From Clostridia bacterium (GTDB lineage: Bacteria; Bacillota; Clostridia; Oscillospirales; CAG-382), in assembly GCA_017620655.1 (NCBI GenBank), contig JAGAUT010000085.1, positions 939 to 64,938 of the forward strand: a DNA stretch of 64,000 bases, written 5' to 3'. A program made the position numbers and the translations under genes. The notes under the pieces were generated by a model that saw only the letters and a program-made list of their open reading frames with translations, was not told where the DNA came from and searched no databases. Of this stretch, positions 45,713 to 55,379 are shown one piece after another. The number at the start of each line of letters is the position of its first letter. Position 1 is the first letter of the stretch.

Positions 45713-46363
45713 TTATTTTTTACCGAGGACGCCCTTTAAGTAGCCCCTTATGAGGCTGTATAGCAGAGCACCTGCCATTATGGAAATTGTAATATCTGCA
45801 CTAAAACGGCTTTTGCCTGTCACAAAGTCAGGCTCAATGCCGATATTTTTATCGTTTATGACTGCTTTTCTGAAGTTTGAAGTAAAGGCGAGAATGTTGG
45901 AAAGAATCCCCCCGCAAAGTCCGAAGGCAACTGCCGTATCAGCGGCATCCGGCTTTGATATTACGGCATGAAGCTCGTCAATTTTGATTGATGCACGCTT
46001 TCCCATGACATCAAACACGCTCTTTATTATTTCAAATACAAGCTTCAGCGTGTCGGACAGCTCTTTTTTATTTGCCTTTTGTCCGTCTGTTTTTTCATCG
46101 GCGTTCTTTGTGCTGTCATCCACCCCTTTTGTTTCGGGCGTTTTGGATACAGATTTTGCCGACGGCGGTATCGATGTCTTTATCTTTTCTTTTTTCTTCT
46201 TTTCCTTTTTTGGGAAAACCTTGAATTTTACAAATGAAAGTCCGGCATAAACCTCTAGCGTCTGCCCGTATCTTATTCTCACCGAAAGCGGGGACAGCAA
46301 TACAGCGGCAAGCATCGCAGCCACAATGCCGACGACGGCAAGAATTACCAGCAAAACCGTCAC
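45713..46363 (-). CDS. DUF2953 (YtfI-like) sporulation-associated membrane protein
   Basis: 216 aa with an N-terminal TM helix, a Lys-rich linker, and a position immediately upstream of ytfJ as in other Firmicutes. Confidence 0.65.
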   Translation of the reverse strand: MTVLLVILAVVGIVAAMLAAVLLSPLSVRIRYGQTLEVYAGLSFVKFKVFPKKEKKKKEKIKTSIPPSAKSVSKTPETKGVDDSTKNADEKTDGQKANKKELSDTLKLVFEIIKSVFDVMGKRASIKIDELHAVISKPDAADTAVAFGLCGGILSNILAFTSNFRKAVINDKNIGIEPDFVTGKSRFSADITISIMAGALLYSLIRGYLKGVLGKK

Positions 46364-46638
46364 TTTAACCCCTGCCCTTCCTGTTTATAGAAGTAGTATA
46401 ACATATTTTTTTATATAATGCAAGAGAGAGCTTATTTTTCTTATTTTAACTTTTTAACACGGCTGCCCATGCAAATTTTTAGGAAGAATCAACAAATATA
46501 GTTAACATAACGTGAAAAATGCAAAATACATATTGCCATATATATGCTTTTGTGATATACTTTAGTTAGTGAAATTTTTTGAAATTCAAAAACGACTTTA
46601 TTTGTTCCCGTCAAGTAACGGGAAAAGGACTGATTGAT

Positions 46639-47403
46639 ATGAGCTTTAATGAATTCAATGCCACAAAAAGCACCAGGAACATTCTTGGCGGTGTGTACGA
46701 TGCCGTTATTACGGGTACATATTTTCTCTATGCCGGAGGAAGAAGAGCCGGCACACTCAACTGCGGCAAGATCACCTGTTCCGGCAAGGAAGAAAAGGTT
46801 TTTGTCATTGGCGTAAACGAGCCGTGTACAAGCTTCAGAGGTCAGGTTGTTGCAGTTGCAAAGGACAGGCTTGAGGAGGAAGAAGACGTCTGGATAATGG
46901 CTCCCGAAAGAACTGTCCTTTACGAGCCGAGACTGATTGCCCTGCTCGGGAAGTATCTTCCTGCCGACAGATACAAGTATGTCTGCTACTACGAAAAGAG
47001 CTGCGGTGCGGTTATGTACACCGAAATTGAAGGGGTACGCAAGTTTATTCTTATTACCAACATTTCGGGTCATATCGGCTTCCCCAAGGGTCACATTGAA
47101 ATAGGAGAAGATGAAAAGCAGACGGCTCTTCGTGAGGTATACGAAGAAACCGGCGTCAGAACAAAGATAGTTGACGGCTTCAGGGAAAGCTACAACTATC
47201 TGATAAACGGTTTTATCAAAAAGAAGGCTGTTTACTACCTTGCCCCTTTCAACGCAGAGGATGTCAAAATGAACATCATGGAAATTTCCGAATACAGGCT
47301 CGTCACCTTTGAAGAAGCGCTTTCCATTCTCAACTTCAAGCACGACAGAGATATTCTCACAAAGGCAAACAGTTTTATAGACTCAATAAATGCGGACAGC
47401 TGA
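46639..47403 (+). CDS. NUDIX hydrolase with ~120-aa N-terminal domain of unknown family
   Basis: ATG 46639. The Nudix box GFPKGHIEIGEDEKQTALREVYEETGV lies in the C-terminal half. The antisense 284-aa track ORF is rejected. Confidence 0.7.
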   Translation: MSFNEFNATKSTRNILGGVYDAVITGTYFLYAGGRRAGTLNCGKITCSGKEEKVFVIGVNEPCTSFRGQVVAVAKDRLEEEEDVWIMAPERTVLYEPRLIALLGKYLPADRYKYVCYYEKSCGAVMYTEIEGVRKFILITNISGHIGFPKGHIEIGEDEKQTALREVYEETGVRTKIVDGFRESYNYLINGFIKKKAVYYLAPFNAEDVKMNIMEISEYRLVTFEEALSILNFKHDRDILTKANSFIDSINADS

Positions 47404-47404
47404 T

Positions 47405-48103
47405 TCAGCTGTCCCTTTTTCTTTGTTCAATCATGCCATGAAGTGCACCGAGAGCGTTGCAAAGCCCGCCCACCTCATCTATAAGACCTATTTCAACGGC
47501 ACATAGTCCGTCTATCACCGTTCCTATATCCGCCGCGAGTTCATCCGTTTCAAGCATAAGTTTATTTAGCTTTTCCTTGGACACCTTTGAGTTTTTCACC
47601 ACGAAATCCGTGATTCTTTCCTGCATTCTGAGAAAATTGGTAAAGCTCTGGGGGACGCCTATGACAAGTCCGTTTGTTCTGACGGGATGAATAGTCATGG
47701 TCGCAGACGGCACAATAAAACTCTTTTTTGCACACACGGCAAGGGGGACTCCAATGGAATGTCCTCCGCCGATAACAAGCGAGACGGTTGGTTTTGTCAT
47801 GCCCGACACAAGCTCGGCTATGGCGAGCCCTGCTTCAACATCTCCGCCGACGGTATTGAGAATCATCAAAAGACCGTCAATCTCCTCGCTTTCCTCGACC
47901 TCTACAAGAAGCGGTATCACATGCTCATACTTTGTGCTTTTTGTCTGGCTTGGAAGCTCGTAATGTCCCTCCACCTGCCCTGCTATAACAAGTGTATGGA
48001 TGCGGCAGGACTTGTTTTCTGTTCTCACCGCTCCCGATTCGCGTATGGTTTCAAGGTTATCTGTCAGCTCTTTATTCTGATTTTCATTATTGCTGTTACT
48101 CAT
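47405..48103 (-). CDS. tepA: ClpP-fold protein, TepA (translocation-enhancing protein)-like
   Basis: Trimmed to ATG 48103 (GAGG RBS). LMILNTVGGDVEAGLAIAELV and TMTIHPVR resemble the TepA/ClpP fold. Confidence 0.6.
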   Translation of the reverse strand: MSNSNNENQNKELTDNLETIRESGAVRTENKSCRIHTLVIAGQVEGHYELPSQTKSTKYEHVIPLLVEVEESEEIDGLLMILNTVGGDVEAGLAIAELVSGMTKPTVSLVIGGGHSIGVPLAVCAKKSFIVPSATMTIHPVRTNGLVIGVPQSFTNFLRMQERITDFVVKNSKVSKEKLNKLMLETDELAADIGTVIDGLCAVEIGLIDEVGGLCNALGALHGMIEQRKRDS

Positions 48104-48157
48104 ACTATACCTCAACGCTTTTTTATTTAGTTTCCCACACTCTCCCCTTTTTATCCG

Positions 48158-48186
48158 CAAAAAAACGCAGGACTTTCATCCTGCGT
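48158..48186 (-). terminator. intrinsic terminator after alkaline-phosphatase fusion gene
   Basis: ACGCAGGA/TCCTGCGT stem followed by a T7 run on the minus strand. Confidence 0.75.
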
Positions 48187-48200
48187 AATTTTTATATGTT

Positions 48201-51200
48201 TTATTTTCTTACAAGAACCGCACCCTTATCGGCATCGGCTTGCCAATCACAGAGAAGTTCCTTTGCAACACCTGCAAGCGAAGCCGACTCACTTCTGTCA
48301 TTATTAAGCCATTCTGCAAGCTTTGCAAGCTCAGACTCAACTATAATTGTTTCATCTCCGCTGACATAGTGTTCCTTGCCGACACTGTAGTTGTGAATTC
48401 CGAAGCCCTCATCATGAATGTATGTGCAGGAGAAAACGCTTGCGGCAGAAACAGAACCTGCAAAATAGCAGTTTGCCGCCGTTCCGTACACGGAACGCAC
48501 AACGCCCGTCGCTTCATCAACTCCCGTAACAGAAGCATCCGAGAAGCAATTTACAATCTTGCCGCTATGGGTTATCTTTCTTACAACGCCCGAGGGTCTT
48601 GTGACACCCTCAACGGTACCGGAAGTAGAGACATTGAGAAGCGTTCCGCTTACTGTTCCGAAGGGGCTGTTATCCTCTTCGGAAACAATTGCAACCTTTA
48701 TATTATAACCGTTGCCGTTATATACGCCGTCGAAAACCTTACTGCTGGGAATGCCGTAATAGCCGTCAACATTAGTCATATCAAGGTCACATGTCTGCTC
48801 AAACCAGAGTCCCGAAAGGTTCTTTCCCGAAAGAATTACATTTGTAAGCCCGAGAAAATCCGTTTCGCCTGCGATTTTATAGGGTCTTGCACGGCTGCCG
48901 TCTGCCTCTGTCACAACAGCATCTCCGACGGTAACGGTTGTAATATCCGTAACGCTTCCGTCATAAGCTGACTTTGCAACAACGGTAAAGCTTTGTGCCG
49001 TTTCGTTTTCGTCAATGTATAGGAAACCGTCCTCATACATTATGCTGCTGCCGCCCTTATCCGTTCCTTCAAGTGACCAGACAATCTTCTGAGAAGGCTC
49101 AAATTCGCCCTCGACAACCGCCGAGAACTGCACGCCGTCACCCTTATTGACAGTCACATCCTTGGGAGAAAGTGTAACCTTCGAAACTGTTGGTACGGGT
49201 GTATAGAGAACAGGCTCTCCGTCATCCGATGTTTTCCAGTACTTGAGTCCCTCAACACCGGTTGTTTTTCTGCCTTCATTAAGCTTATCGGCAAGTGTCT
49301 TCTTTTCTTCTGCCGTCACCTTCCGGGCATCACTCTGTGTAAGTCCGCAATCGTCGGCATAGTAGCAGTTGACAAGTGTTCCGCCGGAAACGGAAGCAAT
49401 TGCCGCACCGCCATTTCTCGCTTTAAGTGTTCCGCCGAAATAGCAGTTTTCGATAACGCCATAATTTGATGAAGCAATACCTCTCACCGCATGTCCGTTA
49501 ATATCGAGTGTAGAATAGCAGTTTACAATCTTACCGGTATCCCTTACGGAACGTGCAATACCTGCAGAGTATGTGCTGTCTTCCATACCCGAGGTGAAAA
49601 GCTTACCTGTTGTTCCAAGATTCATGACGGTACCCGTTACATAGGGGAAAATACACTGGTCGCCGGGAACTACAAGATTTACATTTATTTTATATCCGCC
49701 GCCGTCATAAACACCTGCAAAAGTACTGTCTTTTCCGACACCGGGGTAATCCTTTTCGCCTGCAAGGTCAAGGTCGCGTGTTTGCCTGAAGTACTTGCCG
49801 CTATAGTCGTTACCGGAGAGAAGCGAGCCTGTAAACTCAACAAACTTCCACTCATCGTCAATAATATACGGGTCGTTTTCCGTACCGCTTCCGAGGATTT
49901 CTCCCTCACCCTCTTTATTGACGTGCTTCAGGTCTTCTTCGGTAACCATGCATGCGGGAACATAGAATCTACCATCAGCCTCGAGAGTTACCTTGCCGTC
50001 AAGGCTGATTTTCTTGCCGTTTTCAAAGTATTCTGCTCTATTCTTATAAACGTATTTATTCCCGTTATTGAAAGTAAACTTACCGACAGCCGAGGAATAT
50101 CTTCCAACATCTGTAACATCCACAAACAGCTCTTTTGCAAGCTCGTCAAGGTCAACGCCGAGAAGGGATGCAATATAAGGAGCAAGGTCTGTGTTATCAA
50201 TAACATGGTTTTCTCTTGTTTCGGGTGTGTCGCCGAGGACAGGGTTAAGACCTTCAATAACATCAACGCCTTCGGGAACGTACATCCATACGCCTACCTG
50301 CTGCGTGGAGTGGCTTGTTGTACCCCATTCAATAAAGTCGGGGTCCTTACCGATCTGAACGTTTACAACCGCACCCGAAAGGTCTTCTATTTCGTCATAC
50401 TTCATGGCACCTGTATCGTGGTCAGGGGCAGCAAGAACAACGGTATCGGTTCTGTTTTTAGCAAAGTCAACGGCTGCTCTGAACGCCGCATCAAAGGCGA
50501 GGTATTCACTGGTTGTTACAACGGCGTCGTTTGCATGTCCGCCGGTATCAACCTTACTGCCTTCAACCATGAGAAAGAAGCCGTCCTCGTCTGCACTGAG
50601 GGCCGTGATTGCAGCCTTTGTCATCTGTGCAAGAGTGGGCTGTTCTGCACCAAGGTTTATATCATAAGGAGAACTGTTATTGGTTGCATCGCCCCAGATT
50701 TTGTCGCCGGGCTTTACATTTTCAAGGTCTTCCCTTGTTCTTACAACCGTATAGCCTCTCTCTACGGCATTATCAATTGTTGCGTAGTTCTTTACAGCTC
50801 CGTAGCCAGAGCCGAGTACTACATCAATGCCCTGATTTTCAATCTGCTCGTAAAGGTTACGGTAATCATCTCTTGCCATTACATGTGCCGAGAAGGAAGC
50901 AGGAGTTGCATGCATCCATTCATATGTAGCAACAAGACCTGTGGACATTCCTATGGACTGCGCCGCTTCAAGAACATTTGCAATGGGTTTACCCTCGTGG
51001 TTTATGCCCACTCTGCCATTAAGGGTTTTATAACCTGTCGCCATGGCTGTGCCTGCCGCCGCAGAGTCGGTAAGTGCCCCCTGATAATTGAGGGTTGTCA
51101 TGCTTCCCGCAAGGTGAGCACGCATTGTCATGGGTTTGTTGGTGGTGGGAGTTCTGTACATGTAGTCAGCCTTAAGAAATCCGCCCGATATCTTTACGTC

Positions 51201-51377
51201 ATTTGCAAAGTCATAGGGGCCGTATCCGCCGCCGTCGGGAATGAGAAAAATCACATTCTTAATCTGTCTTTCGGGCTGTACGTCTGATGATACATCCATT
51301 GTTTCCTGCTTACATCCCGTGAAAAGACAGGATACCGCAAGAAGTGCAAGAACAATACTCAGAATTTTTTTCATCAT
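48201..51377 (-). CDS. lipoprotein: alkaline phosphatase domain fused to Big_2 and two GLUG-like repeat domains
   Basis: 1058 aa with lipobox FTGC. PhoA motifs IPDGGGYG and TDSAAAGTAMATGYKT. Two paralogous C-terminal domains carry GVYDGGGYKI / GVYNGNGYNI and NCY repeats. Confidence 0.75.
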   Translation of the reverse strand: MMKKILSIVLALLAVSCLFTGCKQETMDVSSDVQPERQIKNVIFLIPDGGGYGPYDFANDVKISGGFLKADYMYRTPTTNKPMTMRAHLAGSMTTLNYQGALTDSAAAGTAMATGYKTLNGRVGINHEGKPIANVLEAAQSIGMSTGLVATYEWMHATPASFSAHVMARDDYRNLYEQIENQGIDVVLGSGYGAVKNYATIDNAVERGYTVVRTREDLENVKPGDKIWGDATNNSSPYDINLGAEQPTLAQMTKAAITALSADEDGFFLMVEGSKVDTGGHANDAVVTTSEYLAFDAAFRAAVDFAKNRTDTVVLAAPDHDTGAMKYDEIEDLSGAVVNVQIGKDPDFIEWGTTSHSTQQVGVWMYVPEGVDVIEGLNPVLGDTPETRENHVIDNTDLAPYIASLLGVDLDELAKELFVDVTDVGRYSSAVGKFTFNNGNKYVYKNRAEYFENGKKISLDGKVTLEADGRFYVPACMVTEEDLKHVNKEGEGEILGSGTENDPYIIDDEWKFVEFTGSLLSGNDYSGKYFRQTRDLDLAGEKDYPGVGKDSTFAGVYDGGGYKINVNLVVPGDQCIFPYVTGTVMNLGTTGKLFTSGMEDSTYSAGIARSVRDTGKIVNCYSTLDINGHAVRGIASSNYGVIENCYFGGTLKARNGGAAIASVSGGTLVNCYYADDCGLTQSDARKVTAEEKKTLADKLNEGRKTTGVEGLKYWKTSDDGEPVLYTPVPTVSKVTLSPKDVTVNKGDGVQFSAVVEGEFEPSQKIVWSLEGTDKGGSSIMYEDGFLYIDENETAQSFTVVAKSAYDGSVTDITTVTVGDAVVTEADGSRARPYKIAGETDFLGLTNVILSGKNLSGLWFEQTCDLDMTNVDGYYGIPSSKVFDGVYNGNGYNIKVAIVSEEDNSPFGTVSGTLLNVSTSGTVEGVTRPSGVVRKITHSGKIVNCFSDASVTGVDEATGVVRSVYGTAANCYFAGSVSAASVFSCTYIHDEGFGIHNYSVGKEHYVSGDETIIVESELAKLAEWLNNDRSESASLAGVAKELLCDWQADADKGAVLVRK

Positions 51378-51458
51378 AGTTGTCCTCTCCTTTAATATTA
51401 TTTAAATTGATTGTAGCATATTTTCCTTATTTTGTAAATGCCTATATTTTACATTAAT

Positions 51459-51488
51459 AGAAAAAGCCGTCCCGAAACACGGGACGGC
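51459..51488 (-). terminator. intrinsic terminator downstream of zinc-ribbon gene
   Basis: GCCGTCCC-GAAACAC-GGGACGGC followed by TTTTTCT on the minus strand, about 140 nt after the stop codon. Confidence 0.7.
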
Positions 51489-51628
51489 CAAACAGTTTCA
51501 TAAATTCATGTAGCCAAAAATCAGACTTACTCAAACTACAATGCACAAAGTCTGATTTCCGCTTTTACGAAAATAAACCCTTTGCAATATATATTCTGGG
51601 CAAATATAATAATAAGCCTTCTAAGTAT

Positions 51629-51910
51629 TTATTCCTGTTCTTCCTTCATTGCTGCGAAACAGTCGCTGCAATATACAGGTCTGTCACTTGTGGGCTGGAA
51701 GGGAACCTTTGCTTCCTTGCCGCAGTTTGCACAAGTTGTTGTGAAGTATTCTCTCTGGGGCTTGTTTGCGTTCTTTCTCTTGTCGCGGCAAGCCTTGCAT
51801 CTCTGGGGTTCGTTCTGGAAGCCCTTTTCTGCATAGAATTCCTGTTCGCCTGCAGTAAAGATAAATTCTTCTCCACAATCCTTGCAGACCAATGTCTTGT
51901 TTTCGTACAT
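51629..51910 (-). CDS. zinc-ribbon protein (two CxxC...CxxC units)
   Basis: 93 aa with CKDCG..CKAC and CANCG..CSDC. Resembles the widespread small zinc-ribbon (zf-trcl-like) family. Confidence 0.65.
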   Translation of the reverse strand: MYENKTLVCKDCGEEFIFTAGEQEFYAEKGFQNEPQRCKACRDKRKNANKPQREYFTTTCANCGKEAKVPFQPTSDRPVYCSDCFAAMKEEQE

Positions 51911-52005
51911 TTCCTTTTACCTCGCTTTGAGTATTTATGTTTTCGCCGCATGACGGTTACGAGCCGCCGTCTTTCCGACCGCTGTTGCGATGCGACATAT
52001 GTTTT

Positions 52006-52563
52006 TTACCCGTCTATATGCTTCTTCAACTTCTGCCTTGCTCTGAAAAGTGTGTTCTCAACCGATTTGGGCTTCTTTTCAAGCTTCTTTGCTATCTCGC
52101 CCACCTTGTAGCCCGAGAGCCGCATACTCATGACACGTCTTTCATACTCCGAAAGTCCTGCAAAGCCGTCACGGGAAAGAAGCTCGTCAAGCTCCACCGA
52201 AGATATAACACCCTCAGATGATTCATCTGTGACATCCTCGGGAGAAACATCATATGCCTTACCCATATTCTGTGCCTTATACTTTTTTGAAAAAGTAATC
52301 ATGGCATTTGTCATACAGGTAATTGCATAGGTGGAAAACTGCGCACTCTTTTCGTCATAGCTCATTGCCGCACGGTAAAGAGCCATTCTTCCCTCCTGAC
52401 ACAAATCCTCATGCTCGGAGGAAGGTAGAGAAAAGGAGTGAGCCAGAGCAGATATCGTGTGCTTGAAGCAATCCAGAAGCTCAAGAAACGATGCCGTATC
52501 GTTATTCTTTACGGCAAGCACAAGGCTGTTTATATTTTTATTGTGCTCATGGTTTGTCTGCAT
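52006..52563 (-). CDS. sigma-70 family (ECF-sized) RNA polymerase sigma factor
   Basis: 185 aa. Region 2 (DLCQEGRMALYRAAMSYD..FSTYA) and region 4 HTH (LSEYERRVMSMRLSGYKVGEIAKKL). Confidence 0.8.
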   Translation of the reverse strand: MQTNHEHNKNINSLVLAVKNNDTASFLELLDCFKHTISALAHSFSLPSSEHEDLCQEGRMALYRAAMSYDEKSAQFSTYAITCMTNAMITFSKKYKAQNMGKAYDVSPEDVTDESSEGVISSVELDELLSRDGFAGLSEYERRVMSMRLSGYKVGEIAKKLEKKPKSVENTLFRARQKLKKHIDG

Positions 52564-52649
52564 ACGGTTCTTTGCCCTTTTTCCTGTCTTTTCTTTACAA
52601 TTAAAAAAGCCGATGTACCAAAATTACATTATAAACAGGTACAATAATA

Positions 52650-52677
52650 ATTATACCAAAACTTACACCTTTGTCAA
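52650..52677 (-). promoter_or_regulatory. SigA-type promoter of sigma-factor gene
   Basis: TTGACA (52677-52672), a 16-nt spacer, then TATAAT (52655-52650) on the minus strand. Confidence 0.45.
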
Positions 52678-52811
52678 CACATTTTTGGAAAATACACAAT
52701 AATTGTACAAATACACAGACAAATATTGTATAATTTGTGCAAAAGTTACTATATTGTATCTATTTTTTTACAAAACAGTGCCGGCTTTGCCACAGCATAT
52801 CATTTTTCGAC

Positions 52812-52847
52812 AAATAAAAAAACCGAGGTGCGTATGTTTACCCCGGT
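52812..52847 (-). terminator. intrinsic terminator after thiT
   Basis: 7-bp stem (one G-U on minus) followed by TTTTTTTATTT. Confidence 0.55.
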
Positions 52848-52865
52848 TATATCTTTATTATATTT

Positions 52866-53417
52866 TTACAGATTTCTGTTTGCAAGTGCCTTATACACTA
52901 TTGCCGCACCCACAAGGGTCATAATAAGCTCAGGAAGCATATACGCTCCGTTATATGCGACCGAGTAAACGAACGGGCTTCCCCATCCTTCAGGCATCCA
53001 TATATCAAATACAAATGAGCCCGAAATAATATGGCTGACAAATCTAAGGAATATAGCAAGTGCCGTTCCTGACATAACACCAACAAAACCTTTCTTGGCA
53101 AAAAGACCGGAAAGTCCAAGGACAGTGAACGGAATAATATAGTCAAAAGCTATCATACCTACCCATCTTGCGGCTGAAAGTCCCCAACCCATTGCAGCAG
53201 CAAAGTCAAGTGCCAGCTGAATGCAGGAATATACAAACGATGTGCCAAGTCCCCACTTTAAGCCATGTCTAATTGACATATAGCACACCGGCAGCATACT
53301 GAGAAGTGTTACAGACCCGCCAAGCGGCATCGGAATAATTTTTACAAGACTCAGTGCGGTTGAAAGTGCAATAACTATTGAGCACTCAACCATAATTTTT
53401 GTTTTACTCTTTTTCAT
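52866..53417 (-). CDS. thiT: ECF-transporter S component, thiamine-specific (ThiT)
   Basis: Trimmed to ATG 53417. 183 aa with 6 TM segments. Preceded directly by a TPP riboswitch. Confidence 0.75.
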   Translation of the reverse strand: MKKSKTKIMVECSIVIALSTALSLVKIIPMPLGGSVTLLSMLPVCYMSIRHGLKWGLGTSFVYSCIQLALDFAAAMGWGLSAARWVGMIAFDYIIPFTVLGLSGLFAKKGFVGVMSGTALAIFLRFVSHIISGSFVFDIWMPEGWGSPFVYSVAYNGAYMLPELIMTLVGAAIVYKALANRNL

Positions 53418-53435
53418 AGCAAAACCTCCGAAGAA

Positions 53436-53578
53436 ATAAAAAATACCGCACACAATATCGGTGCGGTACATACGCTTTTCTTCAAGCTAATCTCCCTACG
53501 CCGGTATTATCCGAACAGGTTTAAAGGGTTCGAAGCCACTGCTTCATCTCAGCCGTTTTTCAACAGCACCCCTGATAT
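53436..53578 (-). promoter_or_regulatory. TPP (THI-box) riboswitch with terminator expression platform
   Basis: Minus-strand reading gives GGGGTGCTG...GGCTGAGATGAAG...AACCCTTTAAACCTGTTCGGATAATACCGGCGTAGGGAG, the conserved TPP core. It is followed by hairpin TACCGCAC/GTGCGGTA (53444-53468) plus a U-tract, 18 nt before the thiT ATG. Confidence 0.9.
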
Positions 53579-53599
53579 TGTATTTTGCGGTTCGGGAGT

Positions 53600-53628
53600 A
53601 TTATACTACCAAACATTTCCTTTGTCAA
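53600..53628 (-). promoter_or_regulatory. SigA-type promoter for riboswitch-thiT
   Basis: TTGACA (53628-53623), a 17-nt spacer, then TATAAT (53605-53600) on the minus strand. Confidence 0.6.
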
Positions 53629-53635
53629 TACTCTT

Positions 53636-54808
53636 TTACAGTTTTATAAATGCAATTACCACAAACACCGCGTAGCAAACAAGCATAGGCGGTGAAACAA
53701 GCACCTTGAGGAATCTTGAGCCTGTTTTCTTATCGGGCGACAGAACAAAGAACATATTCTTTTCGGGTTTCAGCTCTTCGCCCTCCTGCAGGGAGTTTTC
53801 TTCCTTGAGATACTTTCTCGCCCTCTTTTCGCTCAGCTTTTCTGCGAGATGCAGAGTAAGAATCAAAAAGCCGAAGCACAAAGACGCAAGAACAATTATA
53901 AGCATTGCTCCGCCGATTCTTTCGGTTGCCACAACGGACAGGGAGTTTGAAAAGAGGATTGAAAGTGTATTATTGAGAAAATGAACAAGCATTGCGGGAA
54001 ATACCGAACGTGTCACATGTGTCACGCATCCGAGCACAAGTCCGCTTACAAAATATATAAGAAAATACTGCAGTTCATAGTGGAGCATTGCAAATACAAG
54101 CGCTCCCACCGTTACACCGCAAAGTCCGCCTGCATACTTTGAAATTTCATACTGCAGAACGCCTCTTACAAACAGCTCCTCGCACACTGCCGGCAAAAGC
54201 GCACCCGTAACTATGCTTAAAAGCACGCCTCCTTCAACCTGAACCATGGGTTCGCTATAGGAAAAGGAATAGGCAATGAGATACTTCTGCAAAGCCGTAA
54301 GGCAAATCAGAAGTCCGAGGCATGAAGCCGAAAAAACAAGTGTAGGTGCCGAGAACTTTCTTATATTGTGAAGACTCTTTCCCGACTGCGGCAGAATCAG
54401 ATAAACCGCTGTGGGCACAACAAACGCCGCAAGATACATGAGCATCTTACTTACTGCCCTTACGGTGTCGGAAAGAGATGCATATATATTGCTTGTCACA
54501 ACAAAGCTCATAACAAGCACAAGGCACATCACAACAAGGGTGTAGACATAGGGTGCCTTTGGCGGTGCTTCCACAACGCCCTTTTCTTCTTGGCTGTCAA
54601 CAACCTTGCGTTTTTCCCTTTTATATGTAAAACGCGATGGGAGCTTTTCCTTTTGGGGCTCATGTCCGGCATCAATTCCGGGAAGAAACTTCGGCTTTTT
54701 AACCTTCTTTTCCTTCTTGGTTTTTTGCTCCGAGTCTATTTCATCTTCGTGGGTTTCGTAATAGGTATCGTTTGGTTCAATTTTATCAAACTTCTTTTTA
54801 TTGCCCAA
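53636..54808 (-). CDS. CPBP-family intramembrane glutamic protease (Abi/CAAX-like)
   Basis: 390 aa with EELFVRGVL, FAMLHY and HFLNN motifs. Long basic N-terminal extension. Confidence 0.75.
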   Translation of the reverse strand: MGNKKKFDKIEPNDTYYETHEDEIDSEQKTKKEKKVKKPKFLPGIDAGHEPQKEKLPSRFTYKREKRKVVDSQEEKGVVEAPPKAPYVYTLVVMCLVLVMSFVVTSNIYASLSDTVRAVSKMLMYLAAFVVPTAVYLILPQSGKSLHNIRKFSAPTLVFSASCLGLLICLTALQKYLIAYSFSYSEPMVQVEGGVLLSIVTGALLPAVCEELFVRGVLQYEISKYAGGLCGVTVGALVFAMLHYELQYFLIYFVSGLVLGCVTHVTRSVFPAMLVHFLNNTLSILFSNSLSVVATERIGGAMLIIVLASLCFGFLILTLHLAEKLSEKRARKYLKEENSLQEGEELKPEKNMFFVLSPDKKTGSRFLKVLVSPPMLVCYAVFVVIAFIKL

Positions 54809-55379
54809 TTACGCACACCCCGCTTTCTGTTACAAGCACATCGAATTTTTTATCGTATCTTTTTTCCTGAGGCAAGTCGTCGGTAACGAATTCATCGTAC
54901 TGTACGCACATTGAAATGCCTTCAAATTTGTGCAGAAATCTATCGTAAAAGCCGCCGCCGTAGCCAAGCCTTGTTCCCTTCTTTGTCGCCGACAGCGAAG
55001 GCACGATACAAAGCGGATGGGTTGATGTTTCAAACTCTTCCCCTTCATCGGGTGCCTTTATGCCGTACTTGCCCACTTTCAGCTGAGACAAGTCATCCAC
55101 ATAATAGAACTTCATTATGCCCTTTCCGAAGCATTTTGGAAAAGCAACACGTTTGCCGTTTCTTTTTGCCGCCTCAAACAACGAAAGAACATTGATTTCA
55201 TCCTCTGTCGGGCAGAACATGAGAAGGGTGTCGGCATACTTGAAGCTCATGGAATTCAAAATGTTGTCGCAGATCTTTTTATCAAGCTCTGCCTTTACAC
55301 ATCTTTCCATTTCGGCTCTTTTTTGCTTATTTACTTTTCTGATTTCCCTTTTATCATTTCTTATCTGCTCTGTACTCAT
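54798..55379 (-). CDS. 5-formyltetrahydrofolate cyclo-ligase
   Basis: ATG 55379 overlaps the upstream stop as ATGA. GTRLGYGGGFYDRFL motif. Confidence 0.85.
   Translation of the reverse strand: MSTEQIRNDKREIRKVNKQKRAEMERCVKAELDKKICDNILNSMSFKYADTLLMFCPTEDEINVLSLFEAAKRNGKRVAFPKCFGKGIMKFYYVDDLSQLKVGKYGIKAPDEGEEFETSTHPLCIVPSLSATKKGTRLGYGGGFYDRFLHKFEGISMCVQYDEFVTDDLPQEKRYDKKFDVLVTESGVCVIGQ

Noticed and set aside
46489-47343. 284-aa minus-strand ORF
   Set aside because: It is antisense to the NUDIX-domain gene, which has a clear Nudix box. No motifs, and odd composition.
49491-51287. 598-aa plus-strand ORF
   Set aside because: It is antisense to the strongly supported alkaline-phosphatase fusion gene. 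The translation is Cys/Val/Phe-rich low-complexity with no motifs or RBS, which is typical of a shadow ORF.
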